A DNA stretch of 64,000 nucleotides from Gnetum montanum. Lineage: Eukaryota; Plantae; Gnetophyta. The stretch lies in the NCBI GenBank assembly GCA_015680685.1, contig MNCI01000986.1, positions 572,195-636,194 of the forward strand. The letters are read 5' to 3'. Below are positions 1 through 13,290 of this stretch, one piece after another. A program made the translations under genes and the position numbers. Within the stretch, counting starts at the first letter, position 1, and every line of letters begins with the position of its first letter. The notes beneath the pieces are model-generated. The model was given only the letters and a program-made list of their open reading frames with translations. It was not told the origin of the DNA and made no database searches.

Positions 1-596
1 TTAAAATGCAACATCCTTTTAAAAACATAAAAGGAAATCCAAGAAATAATACTAATGTATTTGTCTTCATTTTTCCAACAATGAGACCCTCCTAATGGAT
101 TAACTTTCTCATGACTTAAGCTTTATGCCTATGTCCACTTCTTGTTTTGACATACCTAGCCCACTCTTAGATCATTTATTTCCTTTTTTTTCCCTTTGTC
201 CACCCCACAACTTCTTCCCTTTGTTCCTTTCGTTTTTATTCTTGCATAAGAAAAATTAAGGGCATCACTTGTTTAAGAGCCTTGGAGACAAGTCTATCTT
301 TAGCATAAAAATGTTCAAACAGACCTTTAAAATGTTTCAATAATTCCTAGGCTTTTTTGTTCCTTCGATGGTGAGTGTCTTGCAAGTGGACCAAAATTTC
401 CACCTTTGCCTTGATCCCCTGTACATTCATCCTAAAAACTTCTATGTACTCCACTGGATCAAAACTTATTTTTGATGAAATCTTTCCTGGCTCCTATGTT
501 CTTGAGTTCAAGGGCAAAAATTTTGCTGGATGCTCTACATAATAAACAAAACATCTCATCCTTTAATTTCATTAAAGAACTTTTATCTTTTTGTGA

Positions 597-1380
597 ATCA
601 TCATCATCATCATCATAGTCTTGTTCTAACAAAATGAGGTTGTCTATATAAGTTCTCCTTCACCATTTGCCTCTATGAAGAGCTAGACCTTCTGTATTTG
701 GAATTTATTCATATCATTTCTAATTGCATTTTCTTACATCTATTTTGATCTTCCTTTCAGGGGTTTTTTTTGGAACAGGGATATGGCAATATATTTTGAT
801 AGGCTCATTATTTGATCTTCTTTGGACATGACCAATCCATCCAAGACATCATTCTTGTAGCTTGTTTGAAATAAAAGCCATTTCAAACCTTCCTCCAATA
901 TCTTTATTGTTCTATTTATCTCTTCTTCTAACATTCAACATCTATCTAAGCATTCATATTTTTGCTACATGGATTTTTTGTTCATGCCTCTTTTGTACAT
1001 CCCAACATTCAACACCATACAAAATAATAGGCCTGATTATTGCCTTGAATAATTTTTCTTAATAGTCTTTTTTGGATTTCTTTTATTGCATAAAAGCCAC
1101 TAGCCTGTCTCCAATTTAACAATCTTTCCTTAATTTTATTTCTCGTATCTTAACCAATTTCACCATCTCATTGGATCACTGATCCTAGGTAGTAAAACTA
1201 TTTATAATGAAAGTTTTTTTGGCTTTGAATTATTATTTCTATTTCATCATTGTTTATACTTTTACTGAAATTACATTTCATGCATTCTATCTTACTAATA
1301 TTAATTTTTAAGTCTTTTCATTCTAGATCATGTCTCCACTTCTCCATTTTAGAAACAAATTTTACCTTCTTCTCGGAACT
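597..1380 (-). mobile_element. RTE-clade LINE, 5'-truncated and degenerate (RT C-terminus plus (GAT)n tail), inside an intron of the heme-binding gene
   Basis: Minus strand reads KKLFKAIIRPIILYGVECWD (~998-1060), a typical RTE RT C-terminal motif, and later IRNDMNKFQIQK. It ends in a (TGA/GAT)n tail at 597-616. Confidence 0.8.
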
Positions 1381-1825
1381 TTTCTTAAAAAGCCTCTTGC
1401 AAGGAGAACACAAGCATGACAAGACATAACTACACCACAAGATAAATTATGCAGCCAGCGCACACAATCACGAGTGACCCTCCAAAGACCACAACTATAC
1501 TTAGCACACTAGATCTAGCACTGAGCGTGCCCTCAATTTGAAATTCCCTACAGTTCCACTACATGAGCTACTCCTTTAAACTCCACATTCCAGCAAAAGA
1601 AATGGCAGGAAACTGCACCTTGTTAGCCCAGGTCGGGACATATCCCTCCTCTAGTACAAGGAATCAAGTTTCAAAGTAGTACGTTGAAATCTAGTTTGTT
1701 GCCTAGAGTGGATGTCCATGTTCCTCCCATCACTAAATACAAGGGAGTAGCCTTTGACCTACCGACAAAGCATGTCTTCTACATTTTCTGTATATATTAT
1801 ATGTCGATGTAATTTTTGTTTATAG

Positions 1826-1855
1826 CAGATATGGATGTGAACCCTGATATTGAAG
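1826..1855 (+). CDS. Candidate 30-nt micro-exon of the heme-binding gene (xDMDVNPDIE)
   Basis: T-rich tract and TAG|CAG acceptor, GAAG|GTGAT donor. It is 30 nt, phase 1/phase 1, and compatible with the phase of the exon at 2177. Confidence 0.4.
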
Positions 1856-2176
1856 GTGATATTGCTCATTATTAGAAGTGTTAGATGCTTTAAGTTCTGA
1901 ATATTATATTTAATTATTTCTTCAAATCAAGATTATTTGAAGCTTGTACAGAGATAAACTTCAAATCAGTGTCTTTACGATTCAAACGAATTCAAGCCCT
2001 TATAAATATTTAGAATTTTCGTTTACATGTGAATTACATATGTTGCGTAACTGCAATTAAATTCAGTTAGCATTGGTGGCCAACAGCATATGTCCAGCCC
2101 TTAAGACATCTCTGCATTTTCACTATTAGGTTGGGCTACCCGTAACACCCTTCTATAACTTGCGCTTACTCTGCAG

Positions 2177-2280
2177 CAGGACTACTGGAGAATCAAGCTC
2201 CATATTCAGAAGTAGGCAAAGCTGGTACATATAGTTTTGAGTTTTCTAGACCTCTGCGTACTTCTGATCATCTCCAACAG
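2177..2280 (+). CDS. Penultimate coding exon of a DOMON/EB_dh-type heme-binding protein (AT3G62370-like)
   Basis: Translates GLLENQAPYSEVGKAGTYSFEFSRPLRTSDHLQQ, matching the family motif GTYxFEFSRPLRTxDxLQQ as I recall it. CAGCAG acceptor; CAG|GTAATT donor at 2281. Confidence 0.88.
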
Positions 2281-2458
2281 GTAATTTTCTTTGATGTTAA
2301 TAACTCCATTTTCTTTTCCTAGGAATGCTAAACATGATAGCAAGCTAAGGTTTCATTGCATCACTTGGCAAGTTCTTTCATTGCAGTATGAGTGCTATGA
2401 TGTTCTTTTCATCAAGTTAATGCAAATCATGAAATATTTTTGATTTGTTAATATACAG

Positions 2459-2752
2459 GATGTTCAATTAACTATAGGAGGAACGCATAAATTTTCAGCA
2501 GCGTTTTGGTATCCTGCTGCTGGAAACCCCTGGCGAGGAAGCAGCCACTATTCTGTAAATTGTGACTGGATAAACCTGGAAATCATTTCAGCAGGAAATG
2601 ACCTTGCCACAGTATCAACAACGAGCCATTTTAGTGCCCTAAATGTTATATCGCTCTTGCTATCAATCATAGCTTTTGCTATGTCAATTGCTGTGGGTTG
2701 GTGGGTGAACAAAGGCAAATCTTTGCCGTTCAGGCCTATAGATAATCTTTAG
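2459..2752 (+). CDS. Last exon of the heme-binding protein, with a C-terminal transmembrane anchor
   Basis: TACAG acceptor, then DVQLTIGGTHKFSAAFWYPAAGNPWRGSSHYSVNCDWINLEI...LNVISLLLSIIAFAMSIAVGWW...PFRPIDNL, stop TAG at 2750-2752. The upstream exons lie left of the window. Confidence 0.9.
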   Translation, partial: DVQLTIGGTHKFSAAFWYPAAGNPWRGSSHYSVNCDWINLEIISAGNDLATVSTTSHFSALNVISLLLSIIAFAMSIAVGWWVNKGKSLPFRPIDNL

Positions 2753-3949
2753 CCATCGGCTTGATTGTGTTTCTTGCTGTAAAGTTTCTTTTCATGGTGG
2801 CAACATTTTTGCTTCTAGATCATAGTGAAGAATGCTTCCCGTATCAAATGCTTCAGCATTAAGAAAGTACTGTGTCTGCAAGTTGGCTATTTGCAGGCAA
2901 CAGTTCCGCTCTTCATCCCAGACTAGCAGATTATGAAGAAGATGAACAAAACAATACAATACTTAACAGGATTGTCCAGAACTTCCATTTGCTAGTCCAA
3001 AGTCAGGTTTCAACAGGACTTGCTTTTGAACATGCGTATTTCTTGGGCTTTTTAACTAAGAAAACACTCTGCCTTCTCTTAGCGACGTGCGTTTGTTAAC
3101 GCACGTACTGTAATTTTTGCTCTAACTACAACCAGGAATGCAGAATTCAATATTAAACCAATTTTTGGTTTATATCATCATCATTGTGGTTATTGATTTT
3201 CTTCGTTGAGAGTTGTGATTTGCAAATTAGACAGTTTTTACTTCTGGATTTACTTTCAGCACTTTCTTAGAACGGTCGATGCTTGATTGCGGTTGTGTTC
3301 AACTGTTTTTTAATGGTGAATATATGGGCACTGACGTTTTTAAGCGCATATGGCAAAGCTACATCTTATCGTATCCTCGCATAAACTTTATATTGAAAGA
3401 GACGGAAACAAGGGAAAATAATATGAAAATGTTTTTAATAATAAGAGAAATAAAATAATATGGCGAAGCGTTAAAACAACAAAAGAAGCAGTAATCTCTT
3501 AAACTTTATATTTCTTTTATTTTTTCTTAATCAGAATCCAAAACAGTATTTCTTTTAAGGGCATAACTACTGCAAATAAGATTAAACATAACATATAAAA
3601 ATCAAGGCAAAACAATTAAAGAAGGTTCCTTACCATAGGCATTTTTATCAAAGTATTCAAACCCTTGAAATAATGTGATGAAAAAACAAGTTGAATTGTT
3701 GTAATGGCTTTGACACATCACAGCCGGCTTTTCATGGCTCGAAAGGCATCATAAATGCCAAGGACCCCGCCTGGCTGATTTTCTTTACATTAATTATGGT
3801 TAAAGGTTTTTAATTACTTATAACAAAACGTGCATCTTTTTCCTTTGCTTGAATTTAATTTGAGTGTTTCAACTTGGGTTTTATCTAAGGTTTTAATATG
3901 GGCATTAAATCAGTAATTTTTTACTTTTATGAAATGAAGTTTTATTACG

Positions 3950-5012
3950 TCGGAAGACTCACAAGATCTATTGGATAGATATTACATTTTCATGAAAAAT
4001 AAAGATACAAACTTTAATGGGGGCATCAAAAACAAGTCATACATGCTTTTTATTGTAACATTATAACTCATTTTCAAGGGCTCTTGATATATGTAATCTA
4101 CAAATTTGCTCTTTTCAGGGGGAGTTGAATCTACCTTCCACTTTCAATTTTAAGATGATGAGAACTTAAACGAAGTTTGTTGATAGCATTCTAATACTTG
4201 ATGGGAATAACAATTGAGAGATAGTGAGCTTCTACACAGTTTATTAGATTTAATGTGGTGTAAATTACCTTCCACATTAGTTCACATCTATGTTAAAATC
4301 TTCTACTTGACCAATTAGTGAATATGCTTAAGATTTTGCTACATGTCCTTCCAAGAGATGTTCCATTTTTTCAACCATTGCATCATGTGAAAATACCAAC
4401 CACAATCTTGTGAATTCTCAAAAATTGCTTTAGAGAATTTGTCTTGGCTTAAGATATGCAAGCTATGAGTGTATGTAATGAATTGGCACAAAGCTTCTCC
4501 TCTTAAAGATAATAAATCACATTGACATAATAACATTGAGTAAGGTATTTGCATCTTCACCTTTAACTCATCAAGAAGAAAACTTTTTTGCACTCTTTGA
4601 ATATCTTTTCAAAATTTAGCACTAACTCTAGGTTTCTAAATAACACATCCATACAATACAGTAGGATAGATAATAGTTTGAAAATTTTGTTTTTTTGATC
4701 TTCTAAGCTTAGAGGCCTAAATCCTTGCACTTGTTTTTGAAAGCACACAAAGCTTTGAAACCTCCTACTATTTTTTTCGTTGATGCATTTCTCCCACATA
4801 ATTGATCATATAGATGAGACTCAAATATTTAAAAGAATCTACTATTTGCACATTGGTATCTCCAAAATGAAAGTTATAACAGTTATTTTTTGTACCCCAA
4901 ATCATCAATTTGGTTTTATCTATATTCACTTTAAGAATAGATGAATGACAATAATTTTCTAAACTTTGCAACATAGTTTGTATACCTTCTACAGGTTAGA
5001 CATGAACAACAT
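3950..5012 (-). mobile_element. LINE ORF2 3' part (RT after YADD, thumb and C-terminal region), degenerate
   Basis: DVV..VEGIQTMLQSLENYCHSSILKVNIDKTKLM...IVDSFKYL, followed by LFKLLSILLYCMDV; many frameshifts. Confidence 0.8.
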
Positions 5013-6100
5013 CCTTTTCAGTTCTTAGGTAGAGACATTGTAGAATTTGCAACAAAAGGCTCAGTACTTATTTGTGGAGATTTTAATACAAGGATAGGTT
5101 TAGAGCAAACTAAAATTATTCAACGGCAACATAATGTTGGAAATTTAGATATTATTGAAGATATCAACTAGACCTGACATTCTACAGATGGCACTATTAA
5201 TAAGATTGGCCAACAAGTATCACAATGAACAAAAATTTTTGATCTTCAAACTTGTAATAGACTTGCTAGATTGCCTCAATCTTCATCATTGGCTTTCATA
5301 GGACCTCAAGGTAACTCTTGCATTGATTTACTTTTATGTTTTTATGAAGATATTGATTTTATTAAGGAGTTTGAAAGTTGGAGAAGATTTAGTGGAGTCT
5401 TACCATCATCATGTTTAGTTTTTGTTGCAAATTCTAGTTGTTTCTTGGACAACAAAAACTGAGAATAGAAAAAAATGTCAATACAAACTCGCCCCAATAG
5501 TTAAGGAAAAATATATAAATGTATCACATAACAAATAGGCTCTTGAAAAATGACATAAGGAGCTTAAACAAATTTTGGTTACAATAGCTAAGCAAGTTGT
5601 ATATTCACAACAACAAGGTGTTTAGAAAACTTGGTTTGATGAAGACTACATACAAGCTAGAAAAAATATTAAAAATGCAAATAAAAATCATAGACAAAGT
5701 TTAGTTAAGACATATAAATGCTTGATTAGAACCAAGAAAAGGAAATTTATTAGGAAAATAGTAGGAATATTTTGCTTACACAATTAAAAAAGAACCTAGA
5801 TAGTTTTCACAATGCTATTATCATAAAGCCTCTTCATTATTTAATTTTTATTTTCAAGATATTTACTCATTTTACAATAAGCTATTTACAAAACAAGATG
5901 ATAATTCTACTACTATTGTATAACAAGCACCTCTCCAATTTACTCTTAAGGAAGTTATAGAGGGTATTAAAAAGCTAACATTTGGCAAAGTTGCAGATTC
6001 AGATGGTTTATATGTAGAATTATTAAAGTGAGTAGGATCTTCTATTCATAGAGAAATTTGATACATAAAATTCAGCAATTGAGCAAGGATTAAATCAACG
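5013..6100 (+). mobile_element. LINE ORF2 5' part (APE endonuclease C-terminal half to RT start), inverted relative to the adjacent piece
   Basis: VLICGDFNTRIG (~5070), AFIGPQGNSCIDLL, WFDEDYIQARK, and FTLKEVIEGIKKLTFGKVADSDGLYVELLK (~5940-6030). Confidence 0.8.
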
Positions 6101-6442
6101 TTAGAAAGCTTTTATAAAGCTCTTTGAAAAATGTAGAAAGTGTTGGTTTTCTTAAGTTCTATCAAAGTAATATTTTGGTTGTATAGCTTGGGGTATACAT
6201 CCTCAAAGATATGTTGTTTAGTTGACTAGAGTATATAGCCTATGGTTTGCAAGTTCTATGGAAGTATTGTGTAAGGAAAAAAACTTCCAATTTTCAACAA
6301 ATTTATTGATAAATTATTCAAGAGATGATAAAATTATACCCATGTTAAAACCTTATGGGACAATAAATTTTATTTAATTTTCCTTGGTTTATTTAACTAT
6401 TTATGACATTACAAAGTTTGACAATAATTAAAATGGTTTTGC

Positions 6443-7233
6443 TGATGTAGCTTAATTGACTAAGCCTATAATGCAATGACATAGATATATTGATGCAGTC
6501 ACAAAAACGCTTATAAATATAGTTCACCTACTGTGTTTATGGGTTGTTTTGATCACTATTGTAGTAGAACCTTTGTAGGTTATTTCTGTAGTCAAGTAAC
6601 AATCAACAAGTGCCTACAACATGAATTTGAGTTGATTATATGACATGTTATTCAAATGGCATTGTACTTGGATACAATTCATGACAAGCAGTAAGATTAA
6701 GATTGATTTATATTCACTGTAGCACTCTAAATTAGAATACAATTTACTTTCATTTTTATTTATTTCCATGCAATTAGTTTAATATATACATTTCTATGCA
6801 TATTAATCATTGGTGGAATGAGTGTGACTAGTTTCGAGTATAAAGAGATATTCAATTGGTAATCTTAGAAGTACTATTACTTAATTCACCTAGTAGCATA
6901 ACACTCAGTAGTCCTAGTAGTAGCTATGTGAGTTTAGGACATGTAGAACAAACTAAGAATTGAACACTCATCACACAATAAATTACTTAGATTAATTTAC
7001 TATGTTTAAGAGTGTTTAATCATTGGCCAAACAACATCAATCATCATGTGCCTTCGCAATACTTATCCATATACAGTAAGGACCACTACAAGTATAGTTG
7101 GGAAGACATCAACCTATAATCTCACATATAACTATTTAGATTCTATGTTAATCTTATCCATGGATTACAACAAAGTCTGTCACAACACTTGTAGATTGAA
7201 TGGTTGGACATTTGGAATACTCGCTGCTTATCA
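6443..7233 (+). repeat. Old 5' LTR of an Athila-like element (start approximate)
   Basis: TGATG...TTATCA termini and TATAAATA near 6511. The 3' end (ATGGTTGGAC...TACTCGCTGCTTATCA) resembles the ends of the solo LTRs at 42214 and 50050. A PBS follows directly. Confidence 0.6.
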
Positions 7234-7234
7234 T

Positions 7235-7252
7235 TGATGCCATTGTCGGGGA
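7235..7252 (+). promoter_or_regulatory. Primer binding site, tRNA-Asp type (Athila)
   Basis: TGATGCCATTGTCGGGGA is a transition-decayed form of TGGCGCCGTTGCCGGGGA. Confidence 0.7.
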
Positions 7253-10200
7253 TGGTGCTAGTGATCTAGATTAATCATACCATAAATTATAACTATAAAA
7301 GCATTAACGATTTATCTATTTGAAAATTTTAATATTTTTAATCACACAAATACTTTCTTAATAGAGACATGGATTCTTCACATAGGATCAATAATCCACT
7401 GTGTAATGAGAATATTGATGGGGATGATGATAGGATTTGTATCGAAGAGATTTGAAGTGGACCATTCCAAGCAAAGGTTTCATATGCTTATTCAAATCCT
7501 TACTATCTTGATTTTACCTTCATCTTCCACAAGGATGAATAGTTTTGGTGAAGAACTTGTAGGGTAATGTTATTCTACTGTTTGAATGATCAGCTCCATC
7601 AATACTTCAAGTAGTATTTTTGGGGAATGATCTTGACCATGCTGTTGATGGCTAGCATGAATGTAATAAGGGAAAAGATACACAATACCCTTGATGTTCC
7701 AATTTGAAAAGGAGGATATAGGACATTGGTTTGAGAAGTTCGATGATCATAGATCCACCTTTCATCCTTCTATCTTTTAAATTGAGGATCCAACAAATCA
7801 AAACCCCATTTAGCTATCGCGGACAATGCTAGAGGATATGGAAATGATCTTAGAACATGTAGGGCCTCAAGACTTAAGACCTCAAGTAGGACTAGAAGAG
7901 ATGAATCAAGGGATTATAGTGAGAGACAAGGATGTCATGGTATTTCTCCTAATTCACCATCTTTCTCTTTATCTTCATTATCTACCTCTACTAAGGATGA
8001 ACATAGACACGAAGACAAAGTTCCATTGAGGGATTAAAGTAGATAACTTAATGATCATCATAGATGATCCTGATAGGAAGAACCTTAATAGACATCTTGG
8101 TAGGGATCAAGATGGAGAGTGAAATAAACATAGAAGAAAGGATAGAAGGCATTGAAGGAAGCATAGATGAGACCATCATGATTAGATAGATAGAGACAGA
8201 GATTATGACTATGACATGCTTGATGATGATGAACCCTTGTTAGCTATTAGAAGTATGATTTAGATCAAGGAGACATTAAGAATATCCTACAAGCATTAAA
8301 GGAAAAGTTGTATCAAATGACTTAACATGAATAGTATTCCTAAATTTGAGGAAGGCTACAATTCTAATATGCAAGACTTCCATGATTCCTGCACCTTAGA
8401 GAATACTAAAAGTAAGTGGTAAAAGCTAAAGCTCTTTCCTAAGATACTTAAAAGAGAAGTTGAAGGTTGGTATAGCTTGTTGGAACTAGATTTAATCCAT
8501 CGGTGATCCACAATGCTTGAGGTCTTCAATGAGAAGGACCAAACCTACTCAAGGGTGTCTAATTTGACAAAGCAAATCTAAGAATGGAAGCAAGGTAACC
8601 ATGAATTCCTTGATGTAGTCCTAGATATATACTATTCTTTACTGCATAAATGACCAAGCAATGAATTTTCTTAGAAAGAGTAGCTTCATCACATCATAGA
8701 TGGACTTTGAAACAAAATGAGTAAGACCCTTAGGAGGCATGTCCAAGGTAGACTATTAGAACTTAGAGTCCATTGGATACATGGCTATTTGAATAGGTGG
8801 CAAAAGAAGAAGGAGATATGCACAAGAAGAAAAGCATAGAGGAATATAATCGAGATTTGACCCTTCATACAATGAAGGGCCATATATGTGATCAAGAAGA
8901 AGAGACAACTCTTGATAAGGTGGTTTAAATAAGATTTTTTTAATGCAGAAATCCATCACTAAAATAGTGACAAATGTGGATAAGATATAAAATTCAATAA
9001 GTGAGAAGTTTCCAACTACTTACAAAATTTTGGAGGAAAAAAGAAAGTAGATAAGAATACAAGACCAAGATAAGAAGAAGATAAAGAACAAGGAAATAGG
9101 CAAGGGAACTTATTAGCAAAAGGAGAAACCTATACCAATGGAAGAGGTTGTAGAATCAAATTCAAAAAATGATGATGGATGTGACCTCTTTTAATATGAA
9201 CATCTACCTAGTCATGTCACATCTACAAGATTTTTGAGCTTATGTTTTAAACCTAAACTTTGTGGAAAAGTAAATGACTAGGAGATTGTCTTATCCACAA
9301 GGTAATTACATGCAGTCCTACATCAAAAATACTATCTAAGTGGCTTTTCCTCAACCTTAGAACTATTATTAATTACAATGGAAAAACCAATAGTCATTGG
9401 GAATTTCATCATTAAGGTAGTAGTATCTTTATTGCTAGTTGGACCCTTATGGATACTATGTTCAACAAATTGTTTTTTTCAATGGTCCTCTTGCCCATGC
9501 CTCTACTCACTATTACTACCCTTCTAAATATCATTAACGCACAATACCTCATGCAAAATTATCATGCTATGCCTATCATCATTCATCACATCCTTCTTGC
9601 ACTCTCACATTCCTCTCCCACCTATATCACCACTAATAATAAATGGAGAATTGTTACCATGGCCTTAGTAGAAGAATGTCACTCATGTTGTCAACATACA
9701 TATAGATGATAGTGCTAGTAGCTTTGCAAGTAAGCCTCAAAAATGCCCTTTTTTCATGATAGTTCCCACACTTACAAAGGGAGATAATAAACATGCTAGC
9801 CCACCAAAATTAACACAAGTCTCATATGGTGCAACTTTCTTTCTCACAATAATAACACCTCCTAATCCTTTGTAACTACCAATAGTCATCACTATTCCTG
9901 AACAAAACATAAATACTATCATACTTACACATGTTGTAACTAATTGGATGAAAGAGGATGCTCTACTAAGAAAGAGAACAAACTCGATAAGTCCTTTAAT
10001 CTACTTGGAGATCATTAGAAGTCCATATTGTAAGGCTCTATTAGGCATGAGCCTCATCTCACATGAAATATACAAGGCCTAGAACCTACCTCTAATGAAG
10101 AAAAGTAATATAAAGTTAAAGCATACAAAATGGTCCATCAATGTTCCCTTGAGATAGGTTGATGATATGGTGACCATCATCAATGAGTAATCTTATCCAG

Positions 10201-11717
10201 TAGAGATCCTCATGGTCAATGTTAAGAATAGTAAGGACAAATTTGCAATAATGAAAAGAGCATGGCTCAGCACCCTTGATGTTAAATTGGACATTCAAGA
10301 TCTTTCCTTAAATATTTTCAATAAAAATAGGCATGACATTATGAAGAAGCAAAAATTGTATGTATTGCTTATGATTATGAAGGGTGTAATTATGGGCTGA
10401 AAGTTTAGAACATAAAAACAACCACTATACCAACACATAACAAACTTGAAAAAAAGTGTGCATACAAAAAACATGTCTATATAATAATCGTTAAATCAAA
10501 AGACATCCATTGGCTAGAGAATGAAAGTATCAAACCATCCAAAACATGCATAGAAACATCCAACCCAATTATTAGCTCTTCTCCTTAGAAAAAAAAAAAC
10601 AAATAGAAAAATTACAAAAAGACATCCTACACTCTAACCATACACCAGAAGGAAGTGTTGAATAAGGAAACCTAAAAAATAAAATTGAAAATCAAAAGAA
10701 AAACATATCTAAAGCCTCTAAAATAGGCTAACAAGCAAAAACATAAATTACTAAAGATGATAAACAAGAAACCTATGATGTATGGTCTATGGAATGTGCA
10801 ATTCATTGGAGTCTTGTCTTGTCTTGAATCAAGAACTGATAAGTGCACTTTCATTTTTTTGTTTTACAAATTTTTTTCATCTTCCTATTTTAAATTTTTT
10901 TTCAATATTTTGTCATTTTTTCTCTTCAAATTTTTTTCAATTTTTAATACATTTTGCATTTCTTATTAGTTTTTCTTTCTTTATAATTTTATATTTTCTT
11001 GAGTTATTTACTTTATGATTTTATGATATTTTCTATGTTTTTGTTAATAATATTGCAACTCATGATGCAAGAGTCAACACCATGGATATGGTAGTGAGAC
11101 CACAACATTTTTTCCTCCATTTTTATAAATAAGGGCTCCATGTCATGCGAGTAATGTTACCCCTATCACATTAAAAACTTAAATTTACCCATGATCACTA
11201 TGCTTTGAAGGAAGAAGGAAGGACTAGGAGGGTATAAATAAGGGTGTGACATTAAAGGGATTTGTTGATTCTTTGAACCTCCACCTTGGGTTCCACTAGT
11301 CCCAGGTTGATGCACTACCATTCATTTTTATTATCTTGAGGAAACACCATTTGAGAATATTTGTTCCCTTATTATGTTACTAGACAAACATGTCATCCAT
11401 GCCTGAAGGTAGTCCTATGGAAAGGATAATAAAATAATTTATTTATTTATTTATAAAGAAATCATTCTTGGAGTACCACTGGAAAGGCATGTAACCCATG
11501 CCTAAAGATGCTTCTTTAACTAATGGTCAAGGTCACATGCTCAACACTAATAATTATTTATTTATTTTAAAAAATATTAATTTTTTATTTCCCATTTTCT
11601 TGTTAAGTAGTAATGTCTTCATGTAATGGTTAGTGATCCCATGGTGGTGACTCTAAGATGATGCAATGTGATATCACTAGTAGTAGTTGGACTTGGTTCA
11701 GAATCCTAACAAATAGA
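7253..11717 (+). mobile_element. Athila-like Ty3/gypsy internal region: degenerate gag and protease, no RT/RH/INT
   Basis: Gag core KLKLFPKILKREVEGWYSLL...EWKQG (~8420-8710). Protease PYCKALLG..IYKA*NLP..KKSNIKL (~10010-10300) is homologous to 62300-62490. The 3' region 11090-11520 is homologous to 58250-58600 and 52455-52494 (minus strand). Interrupted at 11718. Confidence 0.75.
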
Positions 11718-13290
11718 TGTTCCCACAAAAATATTCTTTCATAAATCTACAAGAGTACCTCCATGAATCACATGTCTCAGTGTATGATCCATGATCATAA
11801 ATAGTCTATAGAGTAATATATCTTTTGATAGATTGATGCTTATGAAATGAAGGAACACAATACTCTAATTAATTACAAACTTAGGCTATGACCATGATTT
11901 AAAATTGATAGGGAAAATCAATATATAGTGATGAATTGAATGACAAATCTGATAAAGTCTAGACAATATTCAATAAAATCTAACTAATATAAGTACTTGG
12001 AATAACTAAGAAGCATAATATGAATAATAGATGAAAGATTGATATATGAAATAAGATTTGAGTTTTCCCTTCCTAGTAAATAAAGAATACTTTATTCAAA
12101 GAAATTAAAAATTTTTCCTTCTATGAAGGGCTAAGAGATGTAATGAAAAGGCCATAAATTGCAATTTTAAATTAATAAATTGACCTTAGTTAAGGAGAAA
12201 AACAAGGCTTAAGTGATGAATATTAGTATTTTATAGGTTCTTAGATAAATGGAAAGCTTGCCAACACTAGTTGGAACTAATTTAGAGTCAAAACATGATT
12301 CTTTTGAGATGCTTTCTCAGTGGTGACACTAGGTGACATAGTGATATGAAGAGTGATGATGCTAATGCTGGTATTAGTGTATTTGCATGTGTTATTAATG
12401 ATGTAGCTACTAGAACTAAGATGGTGAATTGTAGTGCTAGGATGATTGTGGAGCACATAGGTAATGCAAATGTTGATCCTTATGAGCTCTTAAAATTTAA
12501 AAAAATGTTGAACATCTGCATCACTTGTGTGCTTCACTATCATCTAGAAATGGAACTTGGTATTTATAGTTCTAGGACTACCTAAAATGTGTAGGACCTA
12601 GAATCGACAACTTAGAGTTTACGTTTGAAAACCTGGAATATCATGTATAGCACATGTGATATAGGGTGATACTACGTTAGCATTACTATCACTCTACACC
12701 TTAATTTTCCATTCCAAGATTCTAGGGATGTCTATTAATGCCAAAATTGATATCAATCATTATTGGGATGATGTTAGAAGGATGCTGGAGATCATATGAA
12801 GCCAAAAGTATCATCCAGAATTGAGTTTAATGACATGATGTGTAGGTAATGCTAACATTGACATTAGTATCAGTTGGTCATCACACATGTAAAACATGCT
12901 AATAAAAATATCCTAATCTCTCTAGAATTGTTGAAACTAATGTTCATTGTCCTAGGGATGATGTAGACTAGTGACTGAAGGTTTAATGGAGGAAAAACTA
13001 TGATCATGAAGCATGTTTTTCATGTGGAAAAAGGTGGTGATGCTGGTAGGTGATGCTAACATCAACATGGTGAAACATGTTGTTTCAAGCATTGAACAAT
13101 TGTTGAAATCATCAAAACTGATGCTCGTCCATTGGGGCATGGTTGGGATTAACTTCTAAGAGCTTGTAAAAGCCCAAAACACTATTCAAGATGATGATTT
13201 TGGGGACATTTTCATATTCCAATGAGAGTTAACAATGTCAAATCCACTCTTTTCCTAGTTACTCAACTACAAAAAAAGTGAGTATAAAAT
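11718..13290 (-). repeat. 3' LTR of an old Tat/Ogre-like element (right boundary uncertain)
   Basis: Begins TGTTC at 11718. 11718-12120 aligns with 39155-39700 (CCATGAATCACA..TCTCAGTGTATGATCCATGA). Confidence 0.6.

Noticed and set aside
1-596. Possible coding remnant on the minus strand; also the GC-richer patch at 1390-1790
   Set aside because: No diagnostic motif could be recognised, so both are left unannotated.
2872-3099. 75-aa ORF after the heme-binding gene
   Set aside because: It starts at a non-ATG codon in the probable 3' UTR and shows no homology signal.
3720-3780. Stem-loop (CAGCCGG...CTGGCTG enclosing GGCAT..ATGCC with GAAA) as a possible hammerhead ribozyme
   Set aside because: There is no CUGANGA core on either strand; at most it is a LINE 3'-UTR hairpin.
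10672-11018. Hydrophobic Phe-rich ORFs here and at 13854-14081 and 34899-35383
   Set aside because: They are translations of T-rich or A-rich low-complexity retroelement UTR tracts.
11050-11520. Initially taken as an LTR because it matches 58250-58600
   Set aside because: It has no TG/CA ends or PPT, and the family's real LTRs are at 6443, 39702, 42214 and 50050; this is internal 3' non-coding sequence.
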